A program made the translations under genes and the position numbers. 64,000 bases of DNA from Spirochaetaceae bacterium (GTDB lineage Bacteria; Spirochaetota; Spirochaetia; DSM-2461), in the NCBI GenBank assembly GCA_051531975.1, contig JAOPTT010000010.1, forward strand, positions 160,001-224,000. The letters run 5' to 3'. Below the pieces are notes generated by a model, which was not told the DNA's origin, searched no databases, and saw nothing but the letters and a program-made list of their open reading frames with translations. Positions 21,953 to 32,326 of this stretch are shown here, in pieces (the stretch's first letter is position 1; each line of letters starts with the position of its first letter).

Positions 21953-23320
21953 TTGGATAAAATTGTTGTTAAATTTGGTGGTTCAAATCTAAAAAGTAGA
22001 GAGGACCTAAATAGAATTATAAGTGTTGTAAAAAGTTACAACAGACCATTAGTACTTGTAGTATCAGCTTTTTATGGTATTACTAACTACTTAACTGAAG
22101 GGATATATAAGGTTCAACAATCTATAAATCATATAGATGAAGTACAAAAATTTATCCAAAATGTTAAAAAAGAGACTATTGAGTATCATATAAAAGATAT
22201 AGAGCTACAAAAAGAGATTAATGCTGCAATAAATTCTAGACTTTCTGAACTTGAGAACTGTCTGAAAGGAATTCACTACATAGGTGATGTCCCAGATTTT
22301 GTAGAGGATAAAGTTTTAAGTTTTGGAGAGAAGTTATCATCAATTCTTTTAACCGCAATACTTAGACATAATGGAATTGATGCAGTTGAAAAACTTCCAG
22401 AAGATATTGGACTAACTACTTATGGAGAGTACAAAAATTCATCAATAGATTTTGATAAATCTAGACCTCTTGTCCAAAGTGCTTTAAAAGATGATAAGGT
22501 TTATGTAATTCCTGGATTTTATGGGATAACACCTAAAGGAAGAATCTCACTTTTAGGTCGTGGAGGAAGTGACTACTCAGCAGCTTCATTTGCTAATTTA
22601 TTAGATGCTAAATCTCTAGACATATGGAAAGATGTTGATGGATATTTAAGTGCTGACCCTAAACTTGTTAAAAACCCAGTAAAGATAAAGAACCTATCAT
22701 ATAGAGAAGCAGCAGAATTATCATATTTTGGTGCTAAAATTCTACACCCTAGAACAGTAGAACCATTAATGAAAAACTCAATACCAATAAATATATTTAA
22801 TATAACAAAGGAAAATATTGATTTAGTACCTTTAACTATAATAAACCAGGAAGAGAGTGTTTCTAAATCTGTTGTAAAAAGTGTTACTTACAACGATAAC
22901 TTCTCAGTATTAAAATTAAATGGACCAGCTGTTGGTATTAAACCTGGGATCTTAGGACGTATAACAACACTGTTGGATAACCATAATATTAATATTTTAT
23001 CAGTTGTAACGTCTGGGACATGTATAAATATATATATTGAAGATAAAGATTTAAAAGACGCTACACTTTTAGTTGAATCCAATAACTTTCATACAATTAC
23101 AAGTATTAAACCTTTAGATAACCTCTCAATTATTGCAATTGTAGGAGAAGGTATATTAGCTCATCATGGACTTGTTTATAAAATGTTACACGCAATAAAT
23201 AGCGAAAATATAAATGCTAAGATAATTTCAGGTGGAGCATCTGAGGTTGCAGCACATATTGTCGTTGAAACTACTCACCGAGATAAAGCAATTGAAGTTA
23301 TTCATAATGCGTTTTTTTAA
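21953..23320 (+). CDS. lysC: Aspartate kinase (monofunctional)
   Basis: VKFGGS, VVSA, LGRGGSDYSA, KDVDG, ELSYFGAKILHP, two ACT domains. Confidence 0.92.
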   Translation: MDKIVVKFGGSNLKSREDLNRIISVVKSYNRPLVLVVSAFYGITNYLTEGIYKVQQSINHIDEVQKFIQNVKKETIEYHIKDIELQKEINAAINSRLSELENCLKGIHYIGDVPDFVEDKVLSFGEKLSSILLTAILRHNGIDAVEKLPEDIGLTTYGEYKNSSIDFDKSRPLVQSALKDDKVYVIPGFYGITPKGRISLLGRGGSDYSAASFANLLDAKSLDIWKDVDGYLSADPKLVKNPVKIKNLSYREAAELSYFGAKILHPRTVEPLMKNSIPINIFNITKENIDLVPLTIINQEESVSKSVVKSVTYNDNFSVLKLNGPAVGIKPGILGRITTLLDNHNINILSVVTSGTCINIYIEDKDLKDATLLVESNNFHTITSIKPLDNLSIIAIVGEGILAHHGLVYKMLHAINSENINAKIISGGASEVAAHIVVETTHRDKAIEVIHNAFF

Positions 23321-23943
23321 TATACCGGTTCTTTTTCTATTGCCATATAATTTTCATACTGGGGATTAATATTTTGTTTAACATCCCTGTATGAAATTTT
23401 TGAATCTAACCAATAGTCTATTTCTTCCTTTTTAATTATTAAGGGCATTCTTAGTTTACTATTATGTACTTCTCTCATAACTCCCTGGGCTTCGGTTGTT
23501 ATTATAGAGAATGTATTAATTCCACCCCAAGCTGATACTAAACCGCCAATTAGTAGAGGTTTACCAGATTTATCAGATACATAGTGAGGTATTTTTTTTC
23601 CTTCTATATGTTTCCACTCATAAAATCCATCCATAAGTACTATTATTCTTCCACCGTTCACAGATCCTCTAAAAGATGGTTTCTCTTCTAAAGTTTCAAC
23701 TCTAGCATTTAATGTATATTTTACAATCTCTTCTGATTTTTTACACTCTTTAACCCAATGTGGAATAAGACCCCATTTACCTTGACCTAGGACTCTATCT
23801 TCTAAAATTATTGGTAGAAAAGGATGGACAAAAGCAGATTTAAATTCAGAATATCCATTATATATAAAGTCTGATCCAATGTTCAGATTATACTCATATT
23901 GAGCTACTTCTAGGGGTGTCATTATTGTTGCATTAAAACACAT
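23317..23943 (-). CDS. SRAP/YedK (HMCES-like) abasic-site protection protein
   Basis: N-terminal Met-Cys, WGLIP, NARVET, GFYEW, H...RMP motifs. Confidence 0.92.
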   Translation of the reverse strand: MCFNATIMTPLEVAQYEYNLNIGSDFIYNGYSEFKSAFVHPFLPIILEDRVLGQGKWGLIPHWVKECKKSEEIVKYTLNARVETLEEKPSFRGSVNGGRIIVLMDGFYEWKHIEGKKIPHYVSDKSGKPLLIGGLVSAWGGINTFSIITTEAQGVMREVHNSKLRMPLIIKKEEIDYWLDSKISYRDVKQNINPQYENYMAIEKEPVY

Positions 23944-24011
23944 AATTAAATTATAGATGATTTAATGTGGTAAAGCTAGTCTAAACTACTTAAATTACGT
24001 ATAGTATAAAT

Positions 24012-25127
24012 ATGGTTCAAAGAAAAATAGTCCATGTAGATATGGATGCTTTTTTTGCTGCAGTAGAGCAGAGAGATCACCCAGAATATAGAGGTAAACC
24101 ACTAATTATTGGTGGTGATCCCAATAGCCGTGGTGTGGTTTCAACGTGTTCATACGAAGCTAGAAAGTATGGTATACACTCTGCAATGCCTACATATAAA
24201 GCATATAAACTCTGCCCCCATGGAATTTTTGTAGGTTGTAACTTTGATAGGATTAAAGAAGCATCTAATCACATTCATGAGATCTTTCATAAATATACTG
24301 ATAAAGTTGAACCACTTAGTTTAGACGAAGCATATTTAGATGTTACAGAAAATAAGATTAATGAACCCTCCGCCACAAGAATTGCTGAAATGATTCGTAA
24401 AGATATTTTTGAGAAAACAAGACTAACCGCTTCTGCAGGTGTATCATACAATAAATTTATTGCTAAAGTTGCCTCTGATTTTAATAAACCTGATGGTATT
24501 ACAGTTGTTACCCCGGATAAAGCTCAAGAGTTTATTCTAAATTTACCAATTAGAAAGTTCTGGGGTGTTGGTAAAGTAACTGAAAAAAGAATGTTACAAC
24601 TTGGCATTAAAAGTGGAAATGATCTATTTAAATATAAACGATATGAATTAATCGAACTTTTTGGAAAATCAGGTCCATACTTTTACGATATTGTACGTGG
24701 TATAGATAATCGTGAAGTTGAAGTTATTCGAATTAGGAAATCTATAGGTAGAGAAAAAACATTTAGCCAGGATATAACTGATAAAGAGAGACTAGTAGAC
24801 TTTTTACACACTGTCTCTGCAAGAGTAGAAACTGATCTTCGAAAAAAATCTAAAAAAGCGTTAACAATAACTTTAAAAGTTACATATCACGATTTTACAA
24901 AAATCACTCGAAGTATTACAGCTCCAAGTTATTTATATAAATCAAAAGATATTATGTTGTATATAGAGTCACTTATTCCAAAAACTTTAATTGGAGAAAA
25001 GGCTGTAAGACTACTAGGAATATCAACTTCTAATTTTTATGGAGAAGAAGAAGATAAATATGGACTAATGCAATATTGGCTTCCTTTTAAACCTGAAGAA
25101 ATCGCACCTAGATTTAATTACGATTAA
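24012..25127 (+). CDS. dinB: DNA polymerase IV (Y family)
   Basis: HVDMDAFFA, CSYEAR, SLDEAYLD, KPDG, VRLLG; C-terminal clamp-binding-like QYWLPF. Confidence 0.96.
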   Translation: MVQRKIVHVDMDAFFAAVEQRDHPEYRGKPLIIGGDPNSRGVVSTCSYEARKYGIHSAMPTYKAYKLCPHGIFVGCNFDRIKEASNHIHEIFHKYTDKVEPLSLDEAYLDVTENKINEPSATRIAEMIRKDIFEKTRLTASAGVSYNKFIAKVASDFNKPDGITVVTPDKAQEFILNLPIRKFWGVGKVTEKRMLQLGIKSGNDLFKYKRYELIELFGKSGPYFYDIVRGIDNREVEVIRIRKSIGREKTFSQDITDKERLVDFLHTVSARVETDLRKKSKKALTITLKVTYHDFTKITRSITAPSYLYKSKDIMLYIESLIPKTLIGEKAVRLLGISTSNFYGEEEDKYGLMQYWLPFKPEEIAPRFNYD

Positions 25128-25327
25128 AAGCTTTATTTACAGTTAAATACAATTCTATTTATGGTACTTATTAGAATTTAATACTATAATTCTTTAGCTA
25201 ATAGTAATATTATTTATTTAGATTTTTTTATGAAATTAATTTCAAAAGAGGCTTTTAGCGTCATGAATCATATTAATACTAAAGATTTACAAAGTCAGTT
25301 TAATACTGACCAGAACTAGGGGAATAG

Positions 25328-26179
25328 ATGATTAAAACAGGAAAACACAATTTACTTTACATACTAAGAAGTACAGACTATGGACTTTTTTTAGGTGATG
25401 ATGATGGAGAAGAAGTACTTCTTCCTAATAGATACTGCCCTAAAGACTTTGAGCTAGACGAAGAAATTAATGTATTTGTATATATAGATAAATCTGAAAG
25501 AAAGATAGCTACAACACAAAAACCAAAGTTAGAATTATATGAATTTGCTCGATTAAGAGTTGAATCTGTAACTGATGCTGGAGCTTTCATGGATTGGGGT
25601 ATGGATAAACATCTATTTGTTCCAGCATCTGAGCAAAGAACTCCAATGGATGTTGATAAATACTACTTTATATACATGATGAAAGATCCAAGAACAGAAA
25701 AACTATATGGAACTAAACGTGTTGAAAGATATCTTCAAAATGATGAAATTACAGTATCAGAGGGTGAAAAAGTAGACTTACTAGTTTATCAGGATGCAGA
25801 ATTTGGTCTATCTGTCATTGTTAATAATAACCACAAGGGAATGGTATACAAAAATGAAATTTTTAAAGATCTTAAAATTGGAGATTATTTAAAAGGTTAT
25901 GTTAAAAATATAAGAGATGATAGTAAATTAGATATCTCTATTCAACCTCTCGGTTATAGAAATTTTATCGACCCTACAACTCAGCTATTGTTAGACTCCT
26001 TAGAAGCTGCAGATGGTTTTATACCTTTAAATGATAAAAGCAAACCTGAAGAGATTTATTCCAAGTTTGCAATTAGTAAAAAGGCTTTTAAAAAAGCAGT
26101 TGGTTCACTTTTTAAACAAAAATTAATAGAGATTACAGATGATGGAATAAAATTAACTTCACAAGATCAAGAAGATTAA
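25328..26179 (+). CDS. cvfB: CvfB/YitL-like S1 RNA-binding protein
   Basis: Repeated S1 domains (GAFMDWG..K.LFVP) and C-terminal winged helix (SKKAFKKAVGSL). Confidence 0.88.
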   Translation: MIKTGKHNLLYILRSTDYGLFLGDDDGEEVLLPNRYCPKDFELDEEINVFVYIDKSERKIATTQKPKLELYEFARLRVESVTDAGAFMDWGMDKHLFVPASEQRTPMDVDKYYFIYMMKDPRTEKLYGTKRVERYLQNDEITVSEGEKVDLLVYQDAEFGLSVIVNNNHKGMVYKNEIFKDLKIGDYLKGYVKNIRDDSKLDISIQPLGYRNFIDPTTQLLLDSLEAADGFIPLNDKSKPEEIYSKFAISKKAFKKAVGSLFKQKLIEITDDGIKLTSQDQED

Positions 26180-28008
26180 TCTCTACTATATTCTAATATT
26201 GCAGATGTAAATGATTTTATCTGTAACTGTTCACTGACTTCTAACTCTCTATTTGTTAGAAGTTCAGTTGATTTATCTGTTATATCTATACTTTTAAGTT
26301 CGTCGCTATTATTATGAATTATTAAAAGGTTAGATGTCGCAGTTTCAACTTTATAAACATATAATCCGTCTAAATATTCAACCTTCTTATAGTTTTTAAT
26401 GCTAAATAACTCTTTATATTTTTTTCTTATTTTTATTAAAGATTTATAATGCTCTAACACAGAACCATCTATACCACTTTGCTCTTGGTATGAGATACCG
26501 TCTGAAGGTTTAGTATAATCCATAGAGTGATTAAAACCACCAGTACTCATTGATGTCATACCAATCCCATTAGTCTCGGTATACCAATCAAATGGTTCTC
26601 TTAGACTCTCATCAGGTTTTTTACCTAACTGACCTAACTCTTCCCCATAATATATGAAAGGTGTGCCTGGCATTGTGAAAAGAATAGTTGCTGCTAATTT
26701 AGTTTTATCTAAATCACCACCTAAATTAGAGGATATTCTATTTTGGTCGTGATTTGTTAAAAATGTTGAATCTATGAACTTCTTATTATATCTTTTATAT
26801 ATATCATATATTCTTTCAATTTTATTTAACAAGTCGACTTTATCTCCGCGACTAAATTCCTCGATACTACTAGCAAAAGTAAAATTAAATGAAGAATCTA
26901 GATCATTAAAATAGGAAGCCATTTTAGCTGTAGAGGTCCAGTTTTCTCCAATTAAAAGAGCATTAGGGTTAATACTTTTAACATGAGTATTAAACTCTTT
27001 CCACCAGCTATGTGTAACATCTTTATCTTTATCATCAATATGTAGTGCTGCGTCTAATCTAAAACCATCAATGCCATTTTCTATCCAAAAAGTAGCAATA
27101 TCTTTAAATTCATCCCTTACTTTTTTATTTCTAAGATTCATATCAGGCATTCTGTCCCAGAAAATGGCATTATAATAACCAGAGTAAGCTTTATGCCACA
27201 TTTTGCCACCAAAGGGCCCATTATCTGTAACTCTATCAGTTGAATCTGCCCAGTCATAATAATTTCGATATGTGTTATCGACCCCTTTAACAGCATCTTT
27301 AAACCAAGGATGATCAATTGAACTGTGATTAATAACCAAATCCATAACTATTTTTATATCGTTTTTATGGGCCGTTTTTATTAAATCAAAAAGATTTTGG
27401 TTTGTTCCATAATCTTTTTCAACATTATAATAATCTGTAACATCGTATCCATGGTATGTAGGTGATTGTAAAATAGGCATTAACCACAATGCGTCAACTC
27501 CTAACTCTTTTAAGTAGGGAATTTTTGCCTCTAACCCCTTTAGATCCCCTATTCCATCATCATCTGAATCGTTAAAACTTCTTACAAATACTTCATAAAA
27601 AATTGCTGACCTTCCCCACTCTGCATGGCTCCAGTTATTAGTTCTATCTTGTTTTGTAAATGACAATATATCTGTTTTAAGAGTTTCTGTTTCCCTTATA
27701 ACCTCGATCATGTAATAATATTTTTTTTTTGCCTCTAGGTTTTCTACTTTTAAACCTTTGTTTTTATATGGTAATAAATCCTGGACTTTATTTAAGTTAT
27801 TAGAGTCTAAACCTATATAGAAGTTAACTAAATCACCTCTTAAAGTTTTAAATAAAAATTTAACAGTCGATTCATTAATATCAATAAAAAAGTTTTGATC
27901 TAGAATTTCTAACTCTTTTATAACCTCTTTACTTGTTGTAGTTTCCGGCTTTGTAGTACACCCATAGATAAACAGTATGTAAATTATGAGTAATGCTATT
28001 TTCTTCAA
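26176..28008 (-). CDS. GH13 alpha-amylase family lipoprotein
   Basis: Lipobox IYGC; YEVFVRSF, YHGYDVTDY, DLVINH, GFRLDAA, GENW, FLTNHD. Confidence 0.93.
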   Translation of the reverse strand: MKKIALLIIYILFIYGCTTKPETTTSKEVIKELEILDQNFFIDINESTVKFLFKTLRGDLVNFYIGLDSNNLNKVQDLLPYKNKGLKVENLEAKKKYYYMIEVIRETETLKTDILSFTKQDRTNNWSHAEWGRSAIFYEVFVRSFNDSDDDGIGDLKGLEAKIPYLKELGVDALWLMPILQSPTYHGYDVTDYYNVEKDYGTNQNLFDLIKTAHKNDIKIVMDLVINHSSIDHPWFKDAVKGVDNTYRNYYDWADSTDRVTDNGPFGGKMWHKAYSGYYNAIFWDRMPDMNLRNKKVRDEFKDIATFWIENGIDGFRLDAALHIDDKDKDVTHSWWKEFNTHVKSINPNALLIGENWTSTAKMASYFNDLDSSFNFTFASSIEEFSRGDKVDLLNKIERIYDIYKRYNKKFIDSTFLTNHDQNRISSNLGGDLDKTKLAATILFTMPGTPFIYYGEELGQLGKKPDESLREPFDWYTETNGIGMTSMSTGGFNHSMDYTKPSDGISYQEQSGIDGSVLEHYKSLIKIRKKYKELFSIKNYKKVEYLDGLYVYKVETATSNLLIIHNNSDELKSIDITDKSTELLTNRELEVSEQLQIKSFTSAILEYSRD

Positions 28009-28024
28009 TTAAACTCCTCAACAT

Positions 28025-28053
28025 ATAATGCAAACGCTTGCACAATATGTCAA
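28025..28053 (-). promoter_or_regulatory. Sigma-70 promoter with a LacI-family operator between -35 and -10
   Basis: Minus strand TTGACA-17 nt-CATTAT; near-palindrome TGCAAACGCTTGCA at 28029-28042, matching the LacI/MalR-type TGNAANCGNTTNCA pattern. Confidence 0.75.
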
Positions 28054-28196
28054 GTTAAATACTAACTAATAATAAAAAAACTGCTCAGATATTAATAATA
28101 CACGGCTATTCTAAAGAATATAAGTTAGATTGGATTACTCAAAAAATAATTACAGAAACTAATATATATACTAAAATACCAAATACTATTGATGAA

Positions 28197-28727
28197 TTAA
28201 CTATTTAGTTTTTTTATTTTTTCTATTCTTTCTTCATTTGTAATTATTTTATTTTTAAACATTAATTCAATACTAAAGATATTTGCTTCTAATATTGCAT
28301 CTTTATTTAGATGTATTGGTCTACTAACTTTTTCAATAACCTTTTTATCCTCTACAGCAATATGAGATTGTAACCAATAACTTAGAAAATAATAAAGTTT
28401 AATAGGTTTGTATGAAGTTTTAGTTTTAAAATCCTTAGAGATAGATTGTATCTCTTTTATGAACTCATTATGTATCTTTTTATGTTCATCTAATAGCTCG
28501 TATTTTATGTTTTCTAAATACTTTTCTTCGTATGAAAAATGAAAGATTACATAATCTATTAGGAACTTTAATATTTCCTTAACTTCTTTACGCTCTTGAA
28601 TATAATTTTCTGGAAAATCATTTCTTAATCTAGCAATAATATCAAATAACTCTTTATGTTGCTCATCAATTTTTTTTATACCTGTAATATATATATCATT
28701 CCATTCCATATTTATCATTAACCTCAT
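28197..28727 (-). CDS. Bacteriohemerythrin-domain protein
   Basis: W....TG...IDEQH, HFSYEE, HKKIH, WLQSHIAVED iron ligands; the true start may be 28718 or 28709. Confidence 0.88.
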   Translation of the reverse strand: MRLMINMEWNDIYITGIKKIDEQHKELFDIIARLRNDFPENYIQERKEVKEILKFLIDYVIFHFSYEEKYLENIKYELLDEHKKIHNEFIKEIQSISKDFKTKTSYKPIKLYYFLSYWLQSHIAVEDKKVIEKVSRPIHLNKDAILEANIFSIELMFKNKIITNEERIEKIKKLNS

Positions 28728-28872
28728 TGTTATTATATCATGATCATTATATAACTAAGAATTATATTGAATAATAATTTAAATATTAGTAACTTGCCTA
28801 CAATCACGAACTTAACATTGTAATTAGCAGTAATAAGTGTTAAAAATACTAATCTAATTTTAAGGAATATTT

Positions 28873-30393
28873 GTGGATAAAAGTAATATAATCTCTTGTA
28901 TAGAAACACTAAGAGAACTTATAAATAACGACGAAGTTTATGTAACTCTAAAAGAAGAGGAACAGATTGAACTGATGAAGTTAGCTGGGAAAATATCTCA
29001 CCCAGATGTATATACTCTTAAACAGAGAAGAAAAATAAAAAAACGTATCAAGAGACAAGAAAAAACTACACTTGAGAAAAAAGCTAGAGCTGCAACAGGT
29101 ATTAGGATTGCCCGTGAGGACTCTGTATTTCAGGCTCCTCTTATGTTAGAAAATGAATCAACAATAGAAAGAGATGACTTATATTTACAATCCCCTAGAA
29201 ATTGTTACGTTTGCAAGGATAAGTTCACAAAACTTCACCATTTCTACGATACAATGTGTCCAACATGTGCAGATCTTAACTATAAAAAAAGATTCCAAAC
29301 CACAGACTTAAAAGGTCAAGTAGCAGTAATTACTGGTTCTAGATTAAAAATAGGTTACCATTCAACTTTAATGATGTTACGTTCTGGTGCAACAGTTGTA
29401 GCAACAACTAGGTTCCCAGTAGATTCTGCAATACGTTACTCAAAAGAAAAAGATTTTAATATTTGGGGACATAGGTTGCATATTTATGGGTTAGATTTAA
29501 GACATACCCCTAGTGTTGAAATATTCTGTAGCCATATAGAACAAACTTTTGATAGGTTAGATATTTTAATTAACAATGCAGCACAAACCGTTAGACGTCC
29601 TCCTGGATTCTACTCACACATGATGGAGAACGAAATGAAATCATTTTCACATTTCTCTGATGGTGTTCAGATGCTTTTACATAACTTTGAAGTTTGTACT
29701 GACAAAATAAATGCTATATCCAAAAATAGCCAAGATCCTGAAAGTTCACTTCCAGTAGCATGGAATGCAAAAGCTCCTGGAATTGGGTTAAGAGAGTCTG
29801 CAAAACTTTCACAAATACCATACTCATACGATGATGCACTTTCAACTGAGGAGATATTCCCTACTGGTCAACTAGATGTAGATCTACAGCAAGTAGATTT
29901 AAGAACCACAAATAGCTGGAGATTAAAATTAGGTGAAATTAATACATCAGAAATGTTAGAGGTTCAACTTGTAAACGCAGTTGCTCCTTTTGTACTTTGT
30001 AACCAGTTAGCACCACTAATGAAAAGGGATAATACTGGTAAAAAGCATATAATAAATGTTACAGCTATGGAGGGTAAGTTTCAACGTTTCAAGAAAGAAG
30101 CTAGACACCCACATACAAATATGGCAAAGGCTGCACTTAATATGTTAACACATACTTCAAGTCGAGAGTTTGCTGACTTTGGTATATTTATGAACGCAGT
30201 TGATACTGGTTGGGTAACAGATGAAGATCCAGTACAGTTATCGAAGCTTAAAGTTGATTTACATGACTTTCAGCCACCATTAGATATTGTTGATGGGGCC
30301 GCTAGAGTTATGGACCCACTAATAGATGGAATAAACTCTGGTAAACATTGGTGTGGTAAGTTCTTAAAGGACTACTTTCCAATTGATTGGTAA
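28873..30393 (+). CDS. Extended SDR-family oxidoreductase with N-terminal CxxC...CxxC
   Basis: [38 protein letters not shown]...CPTC. Confidence 0.85.
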   Translation: MDKSNIISCIETLRELINNDEVYVTLKEEEQIELMKLAGKISHPDVYTLKQRRKIKKRIKRQEKTTLEKKARAATGIRIAREDSVFQAPLMLENESTIERDDLYLQSPRNCYVCKDKFTKLHHFYDTMCPTCADLNYKKRFQTTDLKGQVAVITGSRLKIGYHSTLMMLRSGATVVATTRFPVDSAIRYSKEKDFNIWGHRLHIYGLDLRHTPSVEIFCSHIEQTFDRLDILINNAAQTVRRPPGFYSHMMENEMKSFSHFSDGVQMLLHNFEVCTDKINAISKNSQDPESSLPVAWNAKAPGIGLRESAKLSQIPYSYDDALSTEEIFPTGQLDVDLQQVDLRTTNSWRLKLGEINTSEMLEVQLVNAVAPFVLCNQLAPLMKRDNTGKKHIINVTAMEGKFQRFKKEARHPHTNMAKAALNMLTHTSSREFADFGIFMNAVDTGWVTDEDPVQLSKLKVDLHDFQPPLDIVDGAARVMDPLIDGINSGKHWCGKFLKDYFPIDW

Positions 30394-30422
30394 AAATACA
30401 GCCCCTGAGGGCTGATTTTTTT
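30394..30422. terminator. Bidirectional intrinsic terminator
   Basis: CAGCCC-ctga-GGGCTG stem flanked by A-rich and T-rich tracts between convergent genes. Confidence 0.8.
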
Positions 30423-30435
30423 CTTTATTTTTTCT

Positions 30436-30810
30436 CTAATATTTAACTACTGTTCCACTTATAGTGACCGTTGAAGGTGCATAAATGTTACTTGTAAAAT
30501 AATTTAGAAGATAGTTGATGAAATTTGCACCGTATGTAATTTCAATATTAACAGCTGCATCACCACCATATTTACCAATCTCTCTCTGAATAGCATCATA
30601 AACTGGATCAATAGAGTTATCTGCACCATTATTAAAAAGTGTTGATCCCCCTGAACTACCAAAAAACTTATGAACTGTAACCTTAGTATTAAATTCACCA
30701 ATTACTTGAAAACTAGGCATCTCATCTGTCATTTGTAATCCACCAAATTTTGCTGTAGTACAACTAGTAAAAAGTATTAAACTAACTATAAGTAATATTA
30801 TTTTTTTCAT
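30436..30810 (-). CDS. Small lipoprotein (Bor/TRL-like)
   Basis: MKK plus hydrophobic stretch plus FTSC lipobox; GGDAAVNI...TISGTVVKY; SD AGGAG. Confidence 0.75.
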   Translation of the reverse strand: MKKIILLIVSLILFTSCTTAKFGGLQMTDEMPSFQVIGEFNTKVTVHKFFGSSGGSTLFNNGADNSIDPVYDAIQREIGKYGGDAAVNIEITYGANFINYLLNYFTSNIYAPSTVTISGTVVKY

Positions 30811-30961
30811 TATTACTCCTTCAATAATATTTTGAAAGTTTAAATGATTTTATAAAACTTTACTATTATTATAATTAATTTATCTGAAAACAAATTAACA
30901 CACTTATTCTTAGGTAATATGTTATAAAATCTACCTAGGAATAAAACCTAGGCAACCTACA

Positions 30962-32020
30962 TTATTTATTTAGTGATCTGGCAAACTTAGAAATATCCTT
31001 CCACTTCTTCTTCTCATCTTGTTGAGCTTTTAATGAAGTTTTTCTCTCAAGAAACTGAAGTTCTTTCTTCATTTTTAGGTACCTATTATACCTATCCTTA
31101 TCAAGTTCTCCACTATCTAAAGCGCGTTGTACCTGACAACCTGGTTCACCATTGTGGGAACAATCAGAAAACTTGCACAGATCTGCAAATTCTGAGATAT
31201 CTTCGAAGGTACTATCTAATGTATCCTCGTCTCCCCATAGTTGTAACTCTTTTAAACCTGGGCTATCAATTAATATAGAACCATCGTCTAATAAAATAAG
31301 TTCTTTATGTGTTGTTGTGTGTTTACCTTTTTTATCATCATCTCTAATAGATCCTGTACGCATAATTTCAACACCACAGAGGGCATTTATTAAAGCTGAT
31401 TTACCAACACCAGAGAACCCTGTAAATGCTATAGTTTTACCTGGCTTTAAGTATTTTCTTAAATCATCTAACCCACTACCATCAATGGCACTTGTAAGAT
31501 AAATAGGAGTTCCAGCGGCAATTAACTCAGTTTTATAGATAAAATCTGCTGTATTTTCACATATATCTGATTTATTTAGAACAATTATAGGGGAAGCTCC
31601 ACTATCCCAGGCTCTAGTTAAAAACCTTTCTACTGCACCTTCTGAGTAGTTCCGACCACCTTCTAATCCAAAAACTAAAAAGATATAGTCAATATTAGCG
31701 GCTATAACTTGTTCTTCGATTTCATTACCTGCTCGCTTTCTAGAGAATGAACTTTTTCTCTCTATTAACTTCTCTATTACTGCTGTATCCTGATCCAATT
31801 TAACAGCTACCCAATCACCAATTGTTGGGTAATCTGCTCTATTTATTGCTGTGAATACAAAGTGTCCCGAAACCTTACCAGAGTATCGCCCCTGTTCTGT
31901 TTCTATCTCATATAGATGCCTAGACTCTTTTACAATACGTCCAATATGTAATCCCTGTTCTACTAAATATTCTGTTAGTTCTTTGAAATAGGAAGTTAAT
32001 CCCCATTTTTCTAAATTCAT
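30962..32020 (-). CDS. rsgA: Ribosome small subunit-dependent GTPase A (RsgA family)
   Basis: Circularly permuted GTPase: IGDWV, AANID, NKSD, GFSGVGKS, GKHTTT, DSPG, CKFSDCSHNGEPGC. Likely start is ATG 32020 (MNLEKW, preceded by AGGA); the ORF track extends to 32044. Confidence 0.93.
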   Translation of the reverse strand: MNLEKWGLTSYFKELTEYLVEQGLHIGRIVKESRHLYEIETEQGRYSGKVSGHFVFTAINRADYPTIGDWVAVKLDQDTAVIEKLIERKSSFSRKRAGNEIEEQVIAANIDYIFLVFGLEGGRNYSEGAVERFLTRAWDSGASPIIVLNKSDICENTADFIYKTELIAAGTPIYLTSAIDGSGLDDLRKYLKPGKTIAFTGFSGVGKSALINALCGVEIMRTGSIRDDDKKGKHTTTHKELILLDDGSILIDSPGLKELQLWGDEDTLDSTFEDISEFADLCKFSDCSHNGEPGCQVQRALDSGELDKDRYNRYLKMKKELQFLERKTSLKAQQDEKKKWKDISKFARSLNK

Positions 32021-32035
32021 CGTTATAATCCTATA

Positions 32036-32138
32036 TGGTTGCATATGCGAGCAGTAGCTTTAAGCTACGACCAGCATTGGTTGCATATGCTAGTAGTAGA
32101 ATCGACGATTAGGAAGATTCTTGTAGCTACGACCAGCA
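32036..32138. repeat. Two tandem copies of a short palindromic (REP-like) element
   Basis: 32036-32076 and 32078-32138 share TGGTTGCATATGC...AGTAG...AGCTACGACCAGCA with different internal loops. Confidence 0.8.
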
Positions 32139-32151
32139 CTAGGGTTTAACC

Positions 32152-32199
32152 CTATGTTGAGATAAGAGATCTGATTATAATAATTGTCTTTATGGACAT
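32152..32199 (-). CDS. Putative leader peptide uORF2 (MSIKTIIIIRSLIST)
   Basis: AGAGGT SD followed by ATG, 15 codons, TAG; part of it is complementary to the rsgA start region. Confidence 0.55.
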   Translation of the reverse strand: MSIKTIIIIRSLIST

Positions 32200-32284
32200 A
32201 CCAAACCTCTAATTAGTTTTTTTTGGGTTGATGTCGATGTCCTGTTCGGTAATTTAGATGTGTTTTAATTTCTAACTATATAAA

Positions 32285-32326
32285 TTAGCTATTGAACAGT
32301 AACACCCTGTTTACAATTGCTTCCAT
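32285..32326 (-). CDS. Putative leader peptide uORF1 (MEAIVNRVLLFNS)
   Basis: Strong SD AGGAGG 6 nt before ATG; 13 codons plus TAA; its 3' half forms one arm of a long helix. Confidence 0.65.
   Translation of the reverse strand: MEAIVNRVLLFNS

Noticed and set aside
23944..24011. LexA/SOS box between the SRAP gene and dinB
   Set aside because: No match to CTGT-N8-ACAG, GAAC-N4-GTTC or GTTC-N7-GTTC.
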